29,276 bases of DNA from Octopus sinensis. Taxonomy: Eukaryota. The notes under the pieces were generated by a model, which saw nothing but the letters and a program-made list of their open reading frames with translations, searched no databases and was not told the DNA's origin. The DNA lies in contig NW_021833200.1 in the NCBI RefSeq assembly GCF_006345805.1, positions 1 through 29,276 of the forward strand, read 5' to 3'. The position numbers and the translations under genes were made by a program. Numbering within the stretch: position 1 is the stretch's first letter; each line of letters begins with the position of its first letter. Positions 10,747 through 21,789 of this stretch are shown piece by piece.

Positions 10747-11258
10747 TCTATATATATAAAACTGTAGTTGTGTGAGTGTCTGTCCCCTTCGATTTAGATT
10801 CCTAACTCCTCCCACATTTTGCGGTGCAGTTTAACCAAATTCGGGTATCTAATAGTCGTGATTCATATCGAGCCCGTCTGGCTATTAGTGCGCGTCTATG
10901 ATGAGTCTACGATTTTAAAAATAATTTAACATCATTTTTTATTCCATTTTAATGCATAATTTTTCGTGTGTCGATGGCGGCGGAGTTGGCGTCCATGGTC
11001 ACACCTGCACCTGTTTGCTTCTCCCCCTTCTTCCCTCCTCGTGAAGCTGTGGGGAAGGGAGTGTAAGGAAATCAACGTCGTAAAGTGTTGTCAAGGAGAT
11101 CAGCGTTCTTTTAGAACAACGACTTCATGGCTTGAAGACACCAAAACAGAAATGGCTAAGAAAGCCCAAATTGGCATCTATAAGGGAAGTAACTCTCTAA
11201 AAATGCTTATATAGTTATTTTCCTTACAAACCCGAGCAACGCCGGGCGATACTGCTAG
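10747..11258 (+). mobile_element. Non-autonomous Helitron
   Basis: A|TCTATATATATAAAA start; 3' hairpin CCCGAGCAACGCCGGG then CTAG|T. Confidence 0.88.
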
Positions 11259-11387
11259 TATGACACTTGTAGCAATGGTGTTGTTTTTATATCAGGAATT
11301 GCATTGTTCAATATACGGTTGTAATCTAGGGGTGGATTTTTGAGAGTTTTGACTTGTTTTCTGCAGGTTGAGTGACATCTGAATTAC

Positions 11388-11453
11388 CGAGTGTTTACTA
11401 AACTCTGATATGTTTGGTGGTAAAAGTATTTCGTATTAAGAATTCCACAATAG
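11388..11453 (-). CDS. Candidate 66-nt symmetric (phase 2-2) exon: xYCGILNTKYFYHQTYQSLVNTx
   Basis: CTGTATTTCAG| acceptor, CG|GTAATT donor, open frame, phase-compatible with the 18042 and 10225 exons. No homology support. Confidence 0.25.
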
Positions 11454-11674
11454 CTGAAATACAGGTTCTTTTATAAAATGTAAATATGTAGGTTTCAGAT
11501 AAATCTAAAACATGCAAAAAAGGTACATTTTTTTTTCTTTCTTTCTTCCTCCCCCCCCCCCAAAAAAAAATAAAAGTCAATTAAAATTTACATTTGAAAT
11601 GATTTTATTCTCTCTACCCACTACTGAAATTATGTTTATTTCATATACATTACAAAAAATATTTTAGGTCGTTG

Positions 11675-11905
11675 AAATTGCTCAGTTGAGATGAATCAGC
11701 TGGCAAAAATGTGTTGTACCTGTAATACAGAGGGACCAGTCTTGTCACACTCTGTGTCAAGCTGAATCTCCCTGAGAACTACGTTAAGGGTATGCGCGTC
11801 TGTGGAGTGCTCTGCCACTTGCATGTTAATTTCAAGAGCTGGCTGTTCTGTTGACGGGACCGACTAGAACCCGCATCATTGTAACTGACGGATTACCAGT
11901 TCAAC
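11675..11905 (+). mobile_element. SINE 3' remnant (resembles octopus OR1-type tail)
   Basis: CTTGTCACACTCTGTGTCAAGCTGAATCTCCCTGAGAACTACGTTAAGGG...GTAACTGACGGA. Recognised from recall; single copy in the window. Confidence 0.55.
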
Positions 11906-11906
11906 A

Positions 11907-12177
11907 TCATCATCGTTTAAATGTCTGCTTTCCATGCTAGCATGGGCTGGACGATTTTGACTGAGGGCTGGCGAACCAGACGGCTGCACCAGGCTCCAAT
12001 TTGATCTGGCAGAGTTTCTACAGCTGGATGCCCTTCCTAACGCCAACCACTCTGAGAGTGTAGTGGGTGCTTTTTACGCGCCACCGGCACGGGGGCCAGT
12101 CAGGTGGTACAGGTGGTAAGGCAACGTGGTAACGATCACGCTCAAATGGTGCCCTTTTACATGCCACCGGCACGGAA

Positions 12178-12180
<3 letters not shown>
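11907..12180 (-). mobile_element. SINE family D, 5'-truncated
   Basis: (CAT)n start on the plus strand and GGATGCCCTTCCTAACGCCAACC core. Confidence 0.85.
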
Positions 12181-12224
<44 letters not shown>

Positions 12225-12231
12225 TTTTTTT

Positions 12232-12640
12232 ATTCATTTACTTGTTTCAGTCATTTGACTGTGGCCATGCTGGAGCACCACCTTAAAGGGTTTTAGTCAC
12301 AAAATTGACTCCAGGACTTCTTTCTCAAGCCTAGTACTTATAGACTATCAGTTTCTTTCGCTGAACCACTAAGTTATAGGGATATAAACACACCAACACC
12401 AGTTGTCAAATGGTGATGGGGTGGGTGGGAGAAACAAACACAGACACAAAGAGACATATGTAGATAATTACATACACACACACATATGTATATATACAAC
12501 AGGCTTCTTTCAGTTTCCATCTACCAGATCCACTCACAAGGCTTTGGTTGATGCGAGGCTATATTAAAAGACACTTGCCCAAAGTGTCATACAGTGGAGC
12601 CAAACCCAGAACCATATGGTTGGGAAGAAAATTTATTACA
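12232..12640 (-). mobile_element. SINE family A, near full length
   Basis: Reverse complement of 1-434. Confidence 0.85.
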
Positions 12641-12990
12641 ACACACACACACACATTTTGCTTATGTATTAAGTTCTCTGACTGTGAAACAAATGTACTT
12701 ATAGATTGTATGTGTGTGTGTGTGTGAGTCTTTTATTATTATTTAACCAAAACCAGTTTGAATGACCAGTTTACATAATTTGGTACGTTCTAGATAGTCA
12801 TAAGTAAACAAGAATGTATTTCACAATCGCCAATAAAGTATGGAGTGCTCATGCCAGTTTCAAACATCATAACAGAACAGGTATTTGTCATATAAACTAA
12901 CCAAATGATGATACAATAAAATGGAGGTGAATGGTCCTCCCAGTATGTTGTTTGGAATCAGTTCAGTGGAAGTGGTATTATGTATTCTAG

Positions 12991-13212
12991 AAGGCGGTGA
13001 GGTGGCAGAAACGTTAGCACGCCGGGCGAAATGCTTAGCAGTATTTCATCTGCCGCTACGTTCTGGGTTCAAATTCCGCCGAGGTTCACTTTGCCTTTCA
13101 TCCTTTTGGGGTCGATAAATTAAGTACCAGTTATGCATTGGGGTCGATGTAATCGACTTAATACCTTTGTCCCCTCTATGTTTAGCCCCTTGTGGGCAAT
13201 AAAGAAATAAGT
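12991..13212 (+). mobile_element. SINE family B
   Basis: High identity to the other family B copies. Confidence 0.85.
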
Positions 13213-13259
13213 ATTATGTATTCTTATTAAATTTCCTTTTCAACTAATAACAAAACATT

Positions 13260-13439
13260 GTACTACTTAAATACAGAGGTCCCAACACACCTATGTAACC
13301 CTAACCCTAACTCCTAACCCTAAAACTAATCCTAAACTGTAACCCTAAACCCTAACTTAACAAGTGTAAAAGCATCCTTATGTCAATGCCTTGGGACCTC
13401 TTATGTCAATGCTTTGGGACCTCTGTATTTAAGTAGTGC
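13260..13439. mobile_element. MITE with about 26-bp TIRs enclosing degenerate telomere-like (CCCTAA)n
   Basis: GTACTACTTAAATACAGAGGTCCCAA ... TTGGGACCTCTGTATTTAAGTAGTGC. Internal TAACCC repeats and a 23-bp direct duplication (13378-13423). Confidence 0.8.
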
Positions 13440-13605
13440 CCAAAACTTAATATATAAAGATAATTTACCTAACAAAAATACACTGGACCCAGCATCACCA
13501 TCACATTACCTTATTATTAAAAAATGACCCCATAATTCCAATAAACGCATACAACATCAACCCTTTAGCAAAAACAACAACAAAACAAACTAAAATCCAA
13601 CTTAA

Positions 13606-13986
13606 TCTCTCTGTATATAAACGGCAGTTTGTCTGTGCATGTTTCTGTGTGTCTGTTTGCTTGTACCCTCACCCTGACCACGGCTTTCAACCGATTCTGA
13701 TGAAACTTGACACACACATAGCCCAATGTCATAATTCAAAACTAACGCAGCGAAAATTTTGAAAAGTTCCCCCAGTTCTGAAAAAAATCGATAAATTCGA
13801 CATGGGGTCGAGAATCAGAAACACAAACCGCAAACTGTCTAGGGGACGCAACTCCACCTTTTTAACTAAAAAAAAATTTACCATCATTTTTTTTCCATTT
13901 TTTGGCTATTTTTTGGCTATAACTCTCTAAAAATGCTTATAGTTATTTCCCTTACAAACCTGAGCAACGCCGGGCGATACTGCTAG
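13606..13986 (+). mobile_element. Non-autonomous Helitron, different 5' module
   Basis: A|TCTCTCTGTATATAAA start. The 3' roughly 70 bp are shared with the other two copies, including the hairpin and CTAG|T. Confidence 0.85.
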
Positions 13987-14034
13987 TACATATATAAAAC
14001 CAATATACTGTCAATATATCATATATATGCTATC

Positions 14035-14740
14035 TTTTACTCGTTTCAGTCACTGGACTGCGACCATGCTGGGTCATCAGCTTGAAGTGTTTAGGTGAAT
14101 GAATTAACTCCAGTTCTTATTTTTTAAAAATCTTGTACTTATTCTATCAGTCTGTTTCGTGAAGCTGCTAAGTTACAGGGATGTAAACAAACCAACACAA
14201 ATAGTCGAGCAGTGGTGGAAAACAAATGCAAGCAATGCACACACACACACATGCAGAATGGGCTTCTTTCAGTTTCCTTTTACAAAATCTACTCGCAAGG
14301 CTTTGGCTGGTCCAAGGCTACAGTGAAAGACTCTTGGAAAACAAATACAAGCAATACACACACACACACATGCACAATGGGCTTCTTGCAGTTTCCTTTT
14401 ACAAAATCTACTCGCAAGGCTTTGGCTGGTCCAAGGCTACAGTGAAAGACTCTCGGAAAACAAATACAAGCAATACACACTCACATGCACAATGGGCTCT
14501 TGCAGTTTCCTTTTACAAAATCTACTCGCAAGGCTTTGGCTGGTCCAAGGCTACAGTGAAAGACTCTTGGAAAACAAATACAAGCAATACACACACACAC
14601 ACACATGCACAATGGGCTTCTTTTAGTTTCCTTTTACAAAATCTACTCGCAAGGCTTTGGCTGGTCCAAGGCTACAGTGAAAGACTCTCTTGTCCAAGGT
14701 GCCATGAAACGGAACTGAACACAGAACCTTCATATTCCCC
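14035..14740 (-). mobile_element. SINE family A with a 4x internal tandem amplification (about 114-120 bp unit, 14216-14688)
   Basis: Units start at about 14216, 14335, 14454 and 14568 and are nearly identical. Confidence 0.88.
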
Positions 14741-15103
14741 AATGACAAGATGGGAAGCAATAATAGAGCCTCAGTATGGTTATTGAAGTTGTTACAAGTA
14801 GCAAATAAATCTTTCAAATCACTCCCTCTTAAGAAAAAAAAAAAAAGAACTTATCAGATAGTGTAGTCAAGAAAAAACAAACAACAAAAAAAAAATTATG
14901 CAAATAAAAAATATAAAAACCAACCCATGGGATGATCTCAGAAGGAACACTGGAGGTCTGAACAACAACAGCCAAAGAGGTGCACTCTATGTGGTCACTA
15001 GACCTACTACAATTAAATGACTCCCTGCGATTCTAAAAAAGTAAAACTAGATAATGTAGACTTGGATACACCATGTATTAAAAGTCGAAGACAGGATGGT
15101 CAT

Positions 15104-15168
15104 GGTTAGAATGCCTTTAATCACAGGTTAGAATGCCTTTAATCACAGGTTAGAATGTCTTTAATCAC
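15104..15168. repeat. 22-bp tandem repeat x3
   Basis: GGTTAGAATGCCTTTAATCACA. Confidence 0.9.
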
Positions 15169-15383
15169 TTAGGTTGGACTGGTGCTAAATAATAATAATA
15201 AAAAAAAAAAATTACCACTATAAGCAATTGGCCCTTTTTCTCTCAAAAACAGCAACAAATGTTTTAATGGACAATTGGTTAAATTATGGGAGTAGAATCC
15301 CCAGTAATATGCAGGTTAAATTGCAAGAATGTCTATGAACTTTGGGTCATACTGCAGATTCTCGGAATCTGAGTCAACTCCAC

Positions 15384-15860
15384 CGTGCTTGACTATCACA
15401 GGTTAACTACCATTAAGAACACATTGAAACTCCGATGTCTGGCAGCTGACTTGGCAGACACCTATAAAATAATTAAAACCATTTTTCTAACAATAACTCT
15501 GAGTACCTTTCCAAAATACACCTGTCTAATACCCGTGGACATGTTTACAAAGTCAGAAAACAGCACAGCTCCCATGACTTTCGGAAACATATTTTCACGC
15601 TAAGAGTTGCTGAAGCATGGAACAAACTGCCGGCATCAGTTGTTAGTTGTCGGAGCACTGCATCCTTCAAAACTTCCATGCTTCCTGAGATTCGCCAACA
15701 CTACACCTGATTTTCTCCCCTCCATACACACAAGCAAGCATGTATCTGACTCATACACTGTTCGCTTTCCAGTACATTACTGCATATACTTTATACGCAC
15801 TTTTTGACAAGTTGTGGTGCACCTGAGCACTGAATACAATAATTTCATTATTATTATTAT
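15384..15860 (+). mobile_element. CR1-clade LINE 3' end (ORF2 C-terminus, 3' UTR, (ATT)n tail), degenerate
   Basis: TLKLRCLAADLADTYKII, then a frameshift, then SNTRGHVYKVRKQHSSHDFRKHIFTLRVAEAWNKLPASVVSCRSTASFK. This is the CR1 TRGH...RV...WN.LP motif. Confidence 0.88.
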
Positions 15861-15894
15861 AAGAAGAAAAAAATTTCTTTCTAATTGAACATTG

Positions 15895-16199
15895 GCCTAG
15901 AAGAGCCCTGTGCTGGTGTCACATAAACGCAATCTCGCTTGCGCCACGTGAAAAGCTCTTGTGCTGGCACCATGTAATTGCACCTGTGCCAGTGCCAGAT
16001 AAAAGCACCAACGTTGGTGCCACATAAAAAGCATGCAGCACACTCAGTAAAATGGTTGACTTTAGGAAGGAGATCCAGCCAAAAGAACCAAGCTAAATCA
16101 GACTGGAACTCCGTGCAGCTCTTTGGCTCGCCAGCTCTGGTCAAACTGTCCATCCCCTGCCAGCATGGAAAATGGATGTTAAATGATGATGATGATGAT
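15895..16199 (+). mobile_element. SINE family D, diverged
   Basis: TAGGAAGGAGATCCAGCC core; ends GGATGTTAAATGATGATGAT. Confidence 0.75.
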
Positions 16200-16303
16200 A
16201 GCAGATTCTATGATATAAACTATTTTAAAGTGATTTAAATTAAAACCTTCATTAATTTATTTCCCAAACACCAGATTAATAATGTCAAAGCTATTTTACT
16301 AAA

Positions 16304-16690
16304 TTCTTCAGGTGTGACTGTGTGGTGGGAAGCAAGCTTCTTACCACACAGCCACACCTGAAGAACCACATGGTTCTGAGTTTAGTCCCACTGCAGGGCA
16401 CCTTGGGTAAGTGTCTTCTACAAAAACCTCTGGCCAACCAAAGCCTTATGAGTGAATTTGGTAGATGGAAATTGAAAGAAGCCCGTCATATATGTGAGTG
16501 TGTGTGTCTTTGTGTTTGTCCCCACTAACATTGCTTGACAACTGATGTTGGTGTGTTTACATCCCTGTAACTTAACAGTTTGGCAAAAGAGACAGATAGA
16601 TTTATTCAACTGAAATCCTTTTAAGGCAGTGCTCCAGCATGGCCACAGTCAAATGACTGAAAAGAGTAAAAGAATGAAAGAAAGAAAGAA
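16304..16690 (+). mobile_element. SINE family A with an inverted duplication of its head (hairpin 16304-16365)
   Basis: TTCTTCAGGTGTGACTGTGTGGTGGGAAGC-AA-GCTTCTTACCACACAGCCACACCTGAAGAA, then the normal body resumes at CCACATGG. Confidence 0.85.
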
Positions 16691-16794
16691 AGAATATTTT
16701 CAAAACAAATTAAAATAAAGGTAGTGTATTTCTATAGAAACATGATAAAACAAAATGAGTTATATTACCTCCTCTTCCTCCACTAACTCACAGC

Positions 16795-16900
16795 ATTTTA
16801 CTTTGACAACACCAGAAAGATAAAAGGCAAAGGTGGACTCAGCAGAATTTGAACTCAGAACATGAGAGATGTAACTAAATATCACAAGGCATTTTGTTTG
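16795..16900 (-). mobile_element. SINE family B-related remnant
   Basis: AAAAGGCAAAGGTGGACTCAGCAGAATTTGAACTCAGAAC. Confidence 0.6.
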
Positions 16901-17199
16901 TGTCGTTGTTGCCAATTAGGCCAATTAACCAAGCTAAAAAAAAAAAAATCCACAAAAAAAAAATCAAATATGAAATTAAGCCAATGCCAGCAGAAGGTGG
17001 GTGGGAGCAAATCAATTGGAAACAATAGGTCTTGTGGATAATGTAGACCTAGATACATATTACTAGAAAAGAGGATAGTTGGTCATGCCTGGAATACCAT
17101 CATCAAAGATAACAACATTAGTCAGTCACTCACCTAGATTACCAATTTTCAAAATACTGCTGTTTGAAATAGCACATCTAGTTCTTAGCCATCCTGATT

Positions 17200-17670
17200 T
17201 CCTAACCACAATGCTAACGCATTGGTACTACTGACCCCAATATTAACATACATTAGTACCACTAATCACAACACTAATGTATTAGTGCTAATAACCACAG
17301 CATTAACATGGATTAGTACTTCTAACTGCAACACTAATGCATTAGTACAACTAATATGTTAGTATCACTAAGCACAACACTAATGTGCTTTTAGTACCTC
17401 TGACTACAACACTAATGCATTAGTAGCTAGCAACCACAATACTATTGTATTACTAATCTATTTGTAACTAGCAACCACAGCACTAATGTATTAGTACTAC
17501 TAACCACATACATTAGTACCGCTAATCACAACACTAGTACAAAGTAGTGCTACTAACTACAATACTAACAATATATTAATTAGTACACTAACCAAAACAT
17601 AAAAATAACTTAGTGACCCTTAATCACAACCCTAACAGACATCAATTCTGCTAATCACAACATCTAAGCT
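17200..17670. repeat. Degenerate roughly 29-bp minisatellite (about 15 units) with palindromic core ACTAATGCATTAGT
   Basis: Approximate consensus ACTAACCACAACACTAATGCATTAGTACT, with many indels. Confidence 0.8.
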
Positions 17671-18041
17671 ATTTCCACCGACCACACTACAGCACAAAAT
17701 TATCAACACATGAAACGATAAACACTAACTTTTTAAGCAGAAATAGAAATCAACAACAACCATCACCACCACCAACAAAACAAAGATGTAATGAAAAAAA
17801 CTCTCTTCAGGGTTTCCCTAAAATTCAGTTCACCCATTTAGCTCACAAAAACACCTTATGCTTACATTTATCATCATCATCATCATCATAATTATTGTTA
17901 CTTTGAAGTCACTAAAAAAAAAAGCTGACGTTTGGTTAATAATTAAAATATCAAAAAAAAGATAAAAGAAATATATAAAAAAAAATAATAATATGATATA
18001 ATATAAAGTTTAAAAGATATGGAATGCAAATGCGACCCTAC

Positions 18042-18123
18042 CTCCTGTGAACCCTTAATGAGGGCAGCAGTTGTGCCTGCAAGTAGCAGCCGACAGCAGC
18101 GATGACTATGATTAGGGTCATCG
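18042..18123 (-). CDS. Candidate exon encoding a signal-peptide-like N-terminus: MTLIIVIAAVGCYLQAQLLPSLRVHR(R/S)
   Basis: Acceptor CTATTTTAATTGTTTAG|CG-ATG and donor CAGGAG|GTAGGG. GC-rich island in AT-rich DNA, hydrophobic core and small residues near a plausible cleavage site. Missed by the ORF track. Confidence 0.6.
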
Positions 18124-18611
18124 CTAAACAATTAAAATAGACTTAACATCTAACCTTCCAGTTTATTCTTTTCTAATAAACAACACAACACGTACATACT
18201 TACATGCATACACACACACACATGTATGTATGCAAATATGTATGTGTTATATATGGGTGTGTTACATAAAAGTCATAAATAGCACATAGGCTTTTAAAGC
18301 AAACTATACACACACATCACACACAGACACACACAGAGAGACACACACACACACACACATATATATGTATGTATATATTTCTTTTTGTTCTCTTCTTGGT
18401 GAAGCTTTTGTTTATTTTTCTCTTTTTTTCTCTTTGGGGTGTGGTTTAAAGAGTAGTTTTTGATTTATTGGAGTGTAGTCAAACCAGACTCAATAATTGC
18501 TGGAGTATGGAAGAAGAAAAAAATAACACAGAAATACCTTTACAAATAGTATCATTATTAATATTATCTTTAGCATTATCATTACCGTTTTTATTATTAT
18601 TAATATTATTT

Positions 18612-18645
<34 letters not shown>

Positions 18646-19556
18646 TCTAAGTGATATTGCTGACTTTTGTTGTTGTTGACACAGTTGTGGTCATTGTATA
18701 CTTTTCATTTAATCGACATAAGAAACGAATACAGCATTTTTGTTTATAAGGTTAATAAGTGTTGCAACAGCACACGGCTAATAAGACCAATCTATTCATT
18801 ATAATAGAGCGAGTGTAAATAAACAGTGAAATTGCCTGCTAAGACGAAAAAGTGAAGATATATATATATATAAAACAATGATATTACTGTTTGAACTACT
18901 TTCTGTTCTCATCTAACTCCATTCAATTGCTGCCGGTTCACACACACATGAATATACACATTGACACACACACACACAAATACTCACATGCAATATGCAG
19001 TTATATAGACTCATACATCCTATCAACAAATGTGCATATATCTACACACACACACACACACTTTATGTTGGGTCCCAAGTCCTTCAGAGACTCATAGTGG
19101 GTGAGGAGCATTGTACCATATGGTGTGTCTAGGGTATTTTTTTAGACTTGGTGGAGCCCGTCCGCCTCTGTTACTGACCCCAGAAAGAAAGAAAGACAGC
19201 AAGGGACGTAAAGGAAAGACATGAACTGACCCCAGTATGGAACAACCATTTTGTCAGCCCTGATATGATAAAAAGGTAACGTCAACCTTGGTGATATTTG
19301 AACTCAAAGTATAGTGAGCTGGCATGGTTTCTACAGCTGGATACCATTCCTAAAGTCGATCACTTTACAGGGTGTATGGGGTGTTTTTCTTGTGGCTCAG
19401 CATGAGTGAGATCACCACGCAGCTCACTAGTCTAAGACACCTTTGTGATTGAGTGGAGTTACAGTAAATGATAGCAGTTTTAGGGGTGGTTAAAGCATGA
19501 AAGAAGGAGCCCAGAAACAAACTTACTGCAGAGGAACCCAGATGACAATTCACCAA

Positions 19557-19778
19557 CCCTTTTGTTACTGTATTTATTTTGAGATGCTCCGTGTTTCTTT
19601 CAATTACTTTTAAATATAACAAAGAACTTAGTAAAATAACTTAGTTATCATTAAGCTAGTGTTAGGAACATAAATTGTGACTAAGGTTTGGTGGTAAATT
19701 TTAATGAAAAACTAATGCAAACAAGACATTTGTACTACAGAGCCAGAGCCGGTTTCAGCCGGGTTGGTAACGAAAGGG
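19557..19778. mobile_element. piggyBac-like MITE (CCC...GGG ends, TTAA at the right end)
   Basis: CCCTTTTGTTAC ... GTAACGAAAGGG|TTAA. The left TSD is degenerate (CCAA). Confidence 0.65.
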
Positions 19779-19999
19779 TTAATGAGAGGGGTAAGAAGGA
19801 ATATTGGGGTCATAGCTGGAAAGAAAAATAAAATACTGGTACACTGGTGATGAAGTGCCAGGGTGAACACTGAAGGTAGATGGCGAATTGAAGTGAGTAG
19901 GGATAGAAGAACAAGGGGTGAGGGTGAGTAGAGGTTGTCTGGAGAACGAGGATTGGACTGAGATGGTGAATGGTTGAGATTGGTGAACAGGGCTTGTCC

Positions 20000-20545
20000 A
20001 GCCATGCTTTTGAGCAAATCATTTTTAACCAAGGTGTTTTCCATCCTGCTGTTACTCAGAGGAAGATTTCAGCGTTCATGTCCCAGCATATATTTTTTAC
20101 TGTCAGGCCCAAAAAGACATGTTCATTCATTTCCTCAATTTCCTCACTTCTTACCGCTATTTGACCCTGTGCTACATTTTTGGATTCCATACGTTTAGTT
20201 TCTGTACGGATTATTTTGAGTTCTACCACTTAACTCAAGAGCTCCCTCCAGCTCTGTCAGCATGCTTTGAGGTTTCTATGATGAGCACAATATCATCTGC
20301 AAATCAAGGCTGTATTATAAACTTGATGTAGATATTAATGCCACCGTTCCAATGACTGTCTTCAATGACCATTTCGAGACATGTTTGAAAAGCTTTGGAG
20401 AGATGACAACTCCTTGTCTGACACCCTTTCCTACACTCTGACAAGTGGTGACAGCTGAGCTTTATTGATGGAACACCCTGAGTCCAGCATGAAACATTTA
20501 TCTCTACTCCTCCATTAGATGGTTCATACAAGTTTTCCTACATGT
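20000..20545 (-). mobile_element. RTE-clade LINE reverse transcriptase fragment, pseudogenised
   Basis: GKGVRQGVVISPKLF, a frameshift, then ...GGINI...*FADDIVLI...EEIEEMNEHVFLG...AGWK; contains RT motifs QG and FADD. Confidence 0.85.
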
Positions 20546-20556
20546 AGCCATAGATT

Positions 20557-20795
20557 TATGAAGTGGTGCTGAAAAGTTCCTGGCTTCTGGTAAAAGAAAC
20601 TACAAGAAGACCAGTTGATGATTTTATTCAACACACTCCCCTCTCAGATTCACACACTTATTGCAGTGGTCCTTCAGTTCTTCTAAGCCCTGTAAAAGAA
20701 CTTGGAAGGTTGGGCTTCCAGCTAGGCCTTTTGCGAAACCCTTAAAGGCCTTTTGCGAAACCCTTAAAGCTAGGAACATTTCAACACGTGTTTGT
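20557..20795. mobile_element. Tc1/mariner-like MITE, degenerate
   Basis: GTGCTGAAAAGTTCCTGGCTT versus AAGCTAGGAACATTTCAACAC (18/21 inverted match), TA at the left end, internal 22-bp duplication at 20725-20768. Confidence 0.6.
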
Positions 20796-20909
20796 GCATG
20801 GCAAGGTTTTTTATCCAACAAATTGATGAACTACAGGTACCTACACAAATAAACACATATGTATATACATACATGCAATATATAAATATATATAATATTA
20901 TATATATAT

Positions 20910-20943
<34 letters not shown>

Positions 20944-20964
20944 ATATGTTTTATGTTTTTTTTA

Positions 20965-21389
20965 TTACTCGTTTCAGTCATTAGACTGACCATATTGGGG
21001 AATTACCACGAAGAATTTAGTCGAATGAATTGACTCAATACTTATTATTGTTTTATAAGCCTGATACTCATTCTACTGGTCTGGTCTCCTTTGTTGAACT
21101 GCTAAGTTACAGGGACTTAAACATACCAACACAGCTTGTCAAGCAGTGGTGGGGGAAAACAAACACAAAGACACACACTATCTCTCTCTCTCTCTCTGTA
21201 TATATATGTGTGTGTGTGTGTGTGATGGGCTTCTTTCAGTTTCTGTCTACAAAATCCACTCACATGGCTTTTGTTGGCAAGAGGGTATATTAGAAAACAC
21301 TTGCCCAATGTGCCATGCAGTGGTGGGACTGAACTCGGAACCATATAGTTAAGAAACAAACTTCTTATCAAATAGCCATGCCTGTGCCT

Positions 21390-21390
<1 letters not shown>
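20965..21390 (-). mobile_element. SINE family A, near full length
   Basis: Reverse complement of 1-434. Confidence 0.8.
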
Positions 21391-21435
<45 letters not shown>

Positions 21436-21450
21436 GTGTGTGTGTGTGTG

Positions 21451-21554
21451 TGGCCTGCTCACTTAGCCAGCAGGGTGGCTTCATTTGAAGGCTATAACAA
21501 TCCAAAGCGTATTGTAACCAGCGATGTGTAGCAACATCTGATAGCCTGGTTGAT

Positions 21555-21563
<9 letters not shown>
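21451..21563 (+). mobile_element. SINE family C 3' half
   Basis: Matches 3211-3325. Confidence 0.85.
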
Positions 21564-21602
<39 letters not shown>

Positions 21603-21789
21603 ACACACACATATACCCAGGTCTTATTCCCCATTTTTTTTTAGGGGAGGATAGCCACAAGACACACTCCAGGCGTTCCATTAATTTCCCAGCTCAAAGA
21701 GGCTAGCCCTATCCTATGCTCAGGTCAAGGCATAGAATACATACCCCCCCCCCCGATATCTGTAGCAAGACCCAACAGCATATGCTGGT

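Noticed and set aside
1471-11420. Several plus-strand poly-T/AG acceptor-like sites (about 1471, 2237, 3352, 5299, 10167, 11367)
   Set aside because: Most downstream frames close quickly and no coherent plus-strand protein could be assembled. Such motifs are common by chance in AT-rich DNA.
13480-13570. Minus-strand 55-nt exon candidate (GLMLYAFIGIMGSFFNNK)
   Set aside because: An open frame of 18 codons is within chance expectation and there is no independent support.
14226-14786. Longest ORF in the track (186 aa) with repeated units
   Set aside because: It is the antisense reading of a tandemly amplified SINE interior, and the unit lengths do not indicate coding constraint.
17200-17670. 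Palindromic repeats as a CRISPR-like array (also 27566-27767)
   Set aside because: Head-to-tail units without unique spacers, a eukaryotic context and no cas genes.
18733-18838. Minus-strand acceptor followed by MNRLVLLAVCCCNTY*
   Set aside because: It stops after 15 codons and has only weak donors. It might be a 5' UTR exon but has no support.
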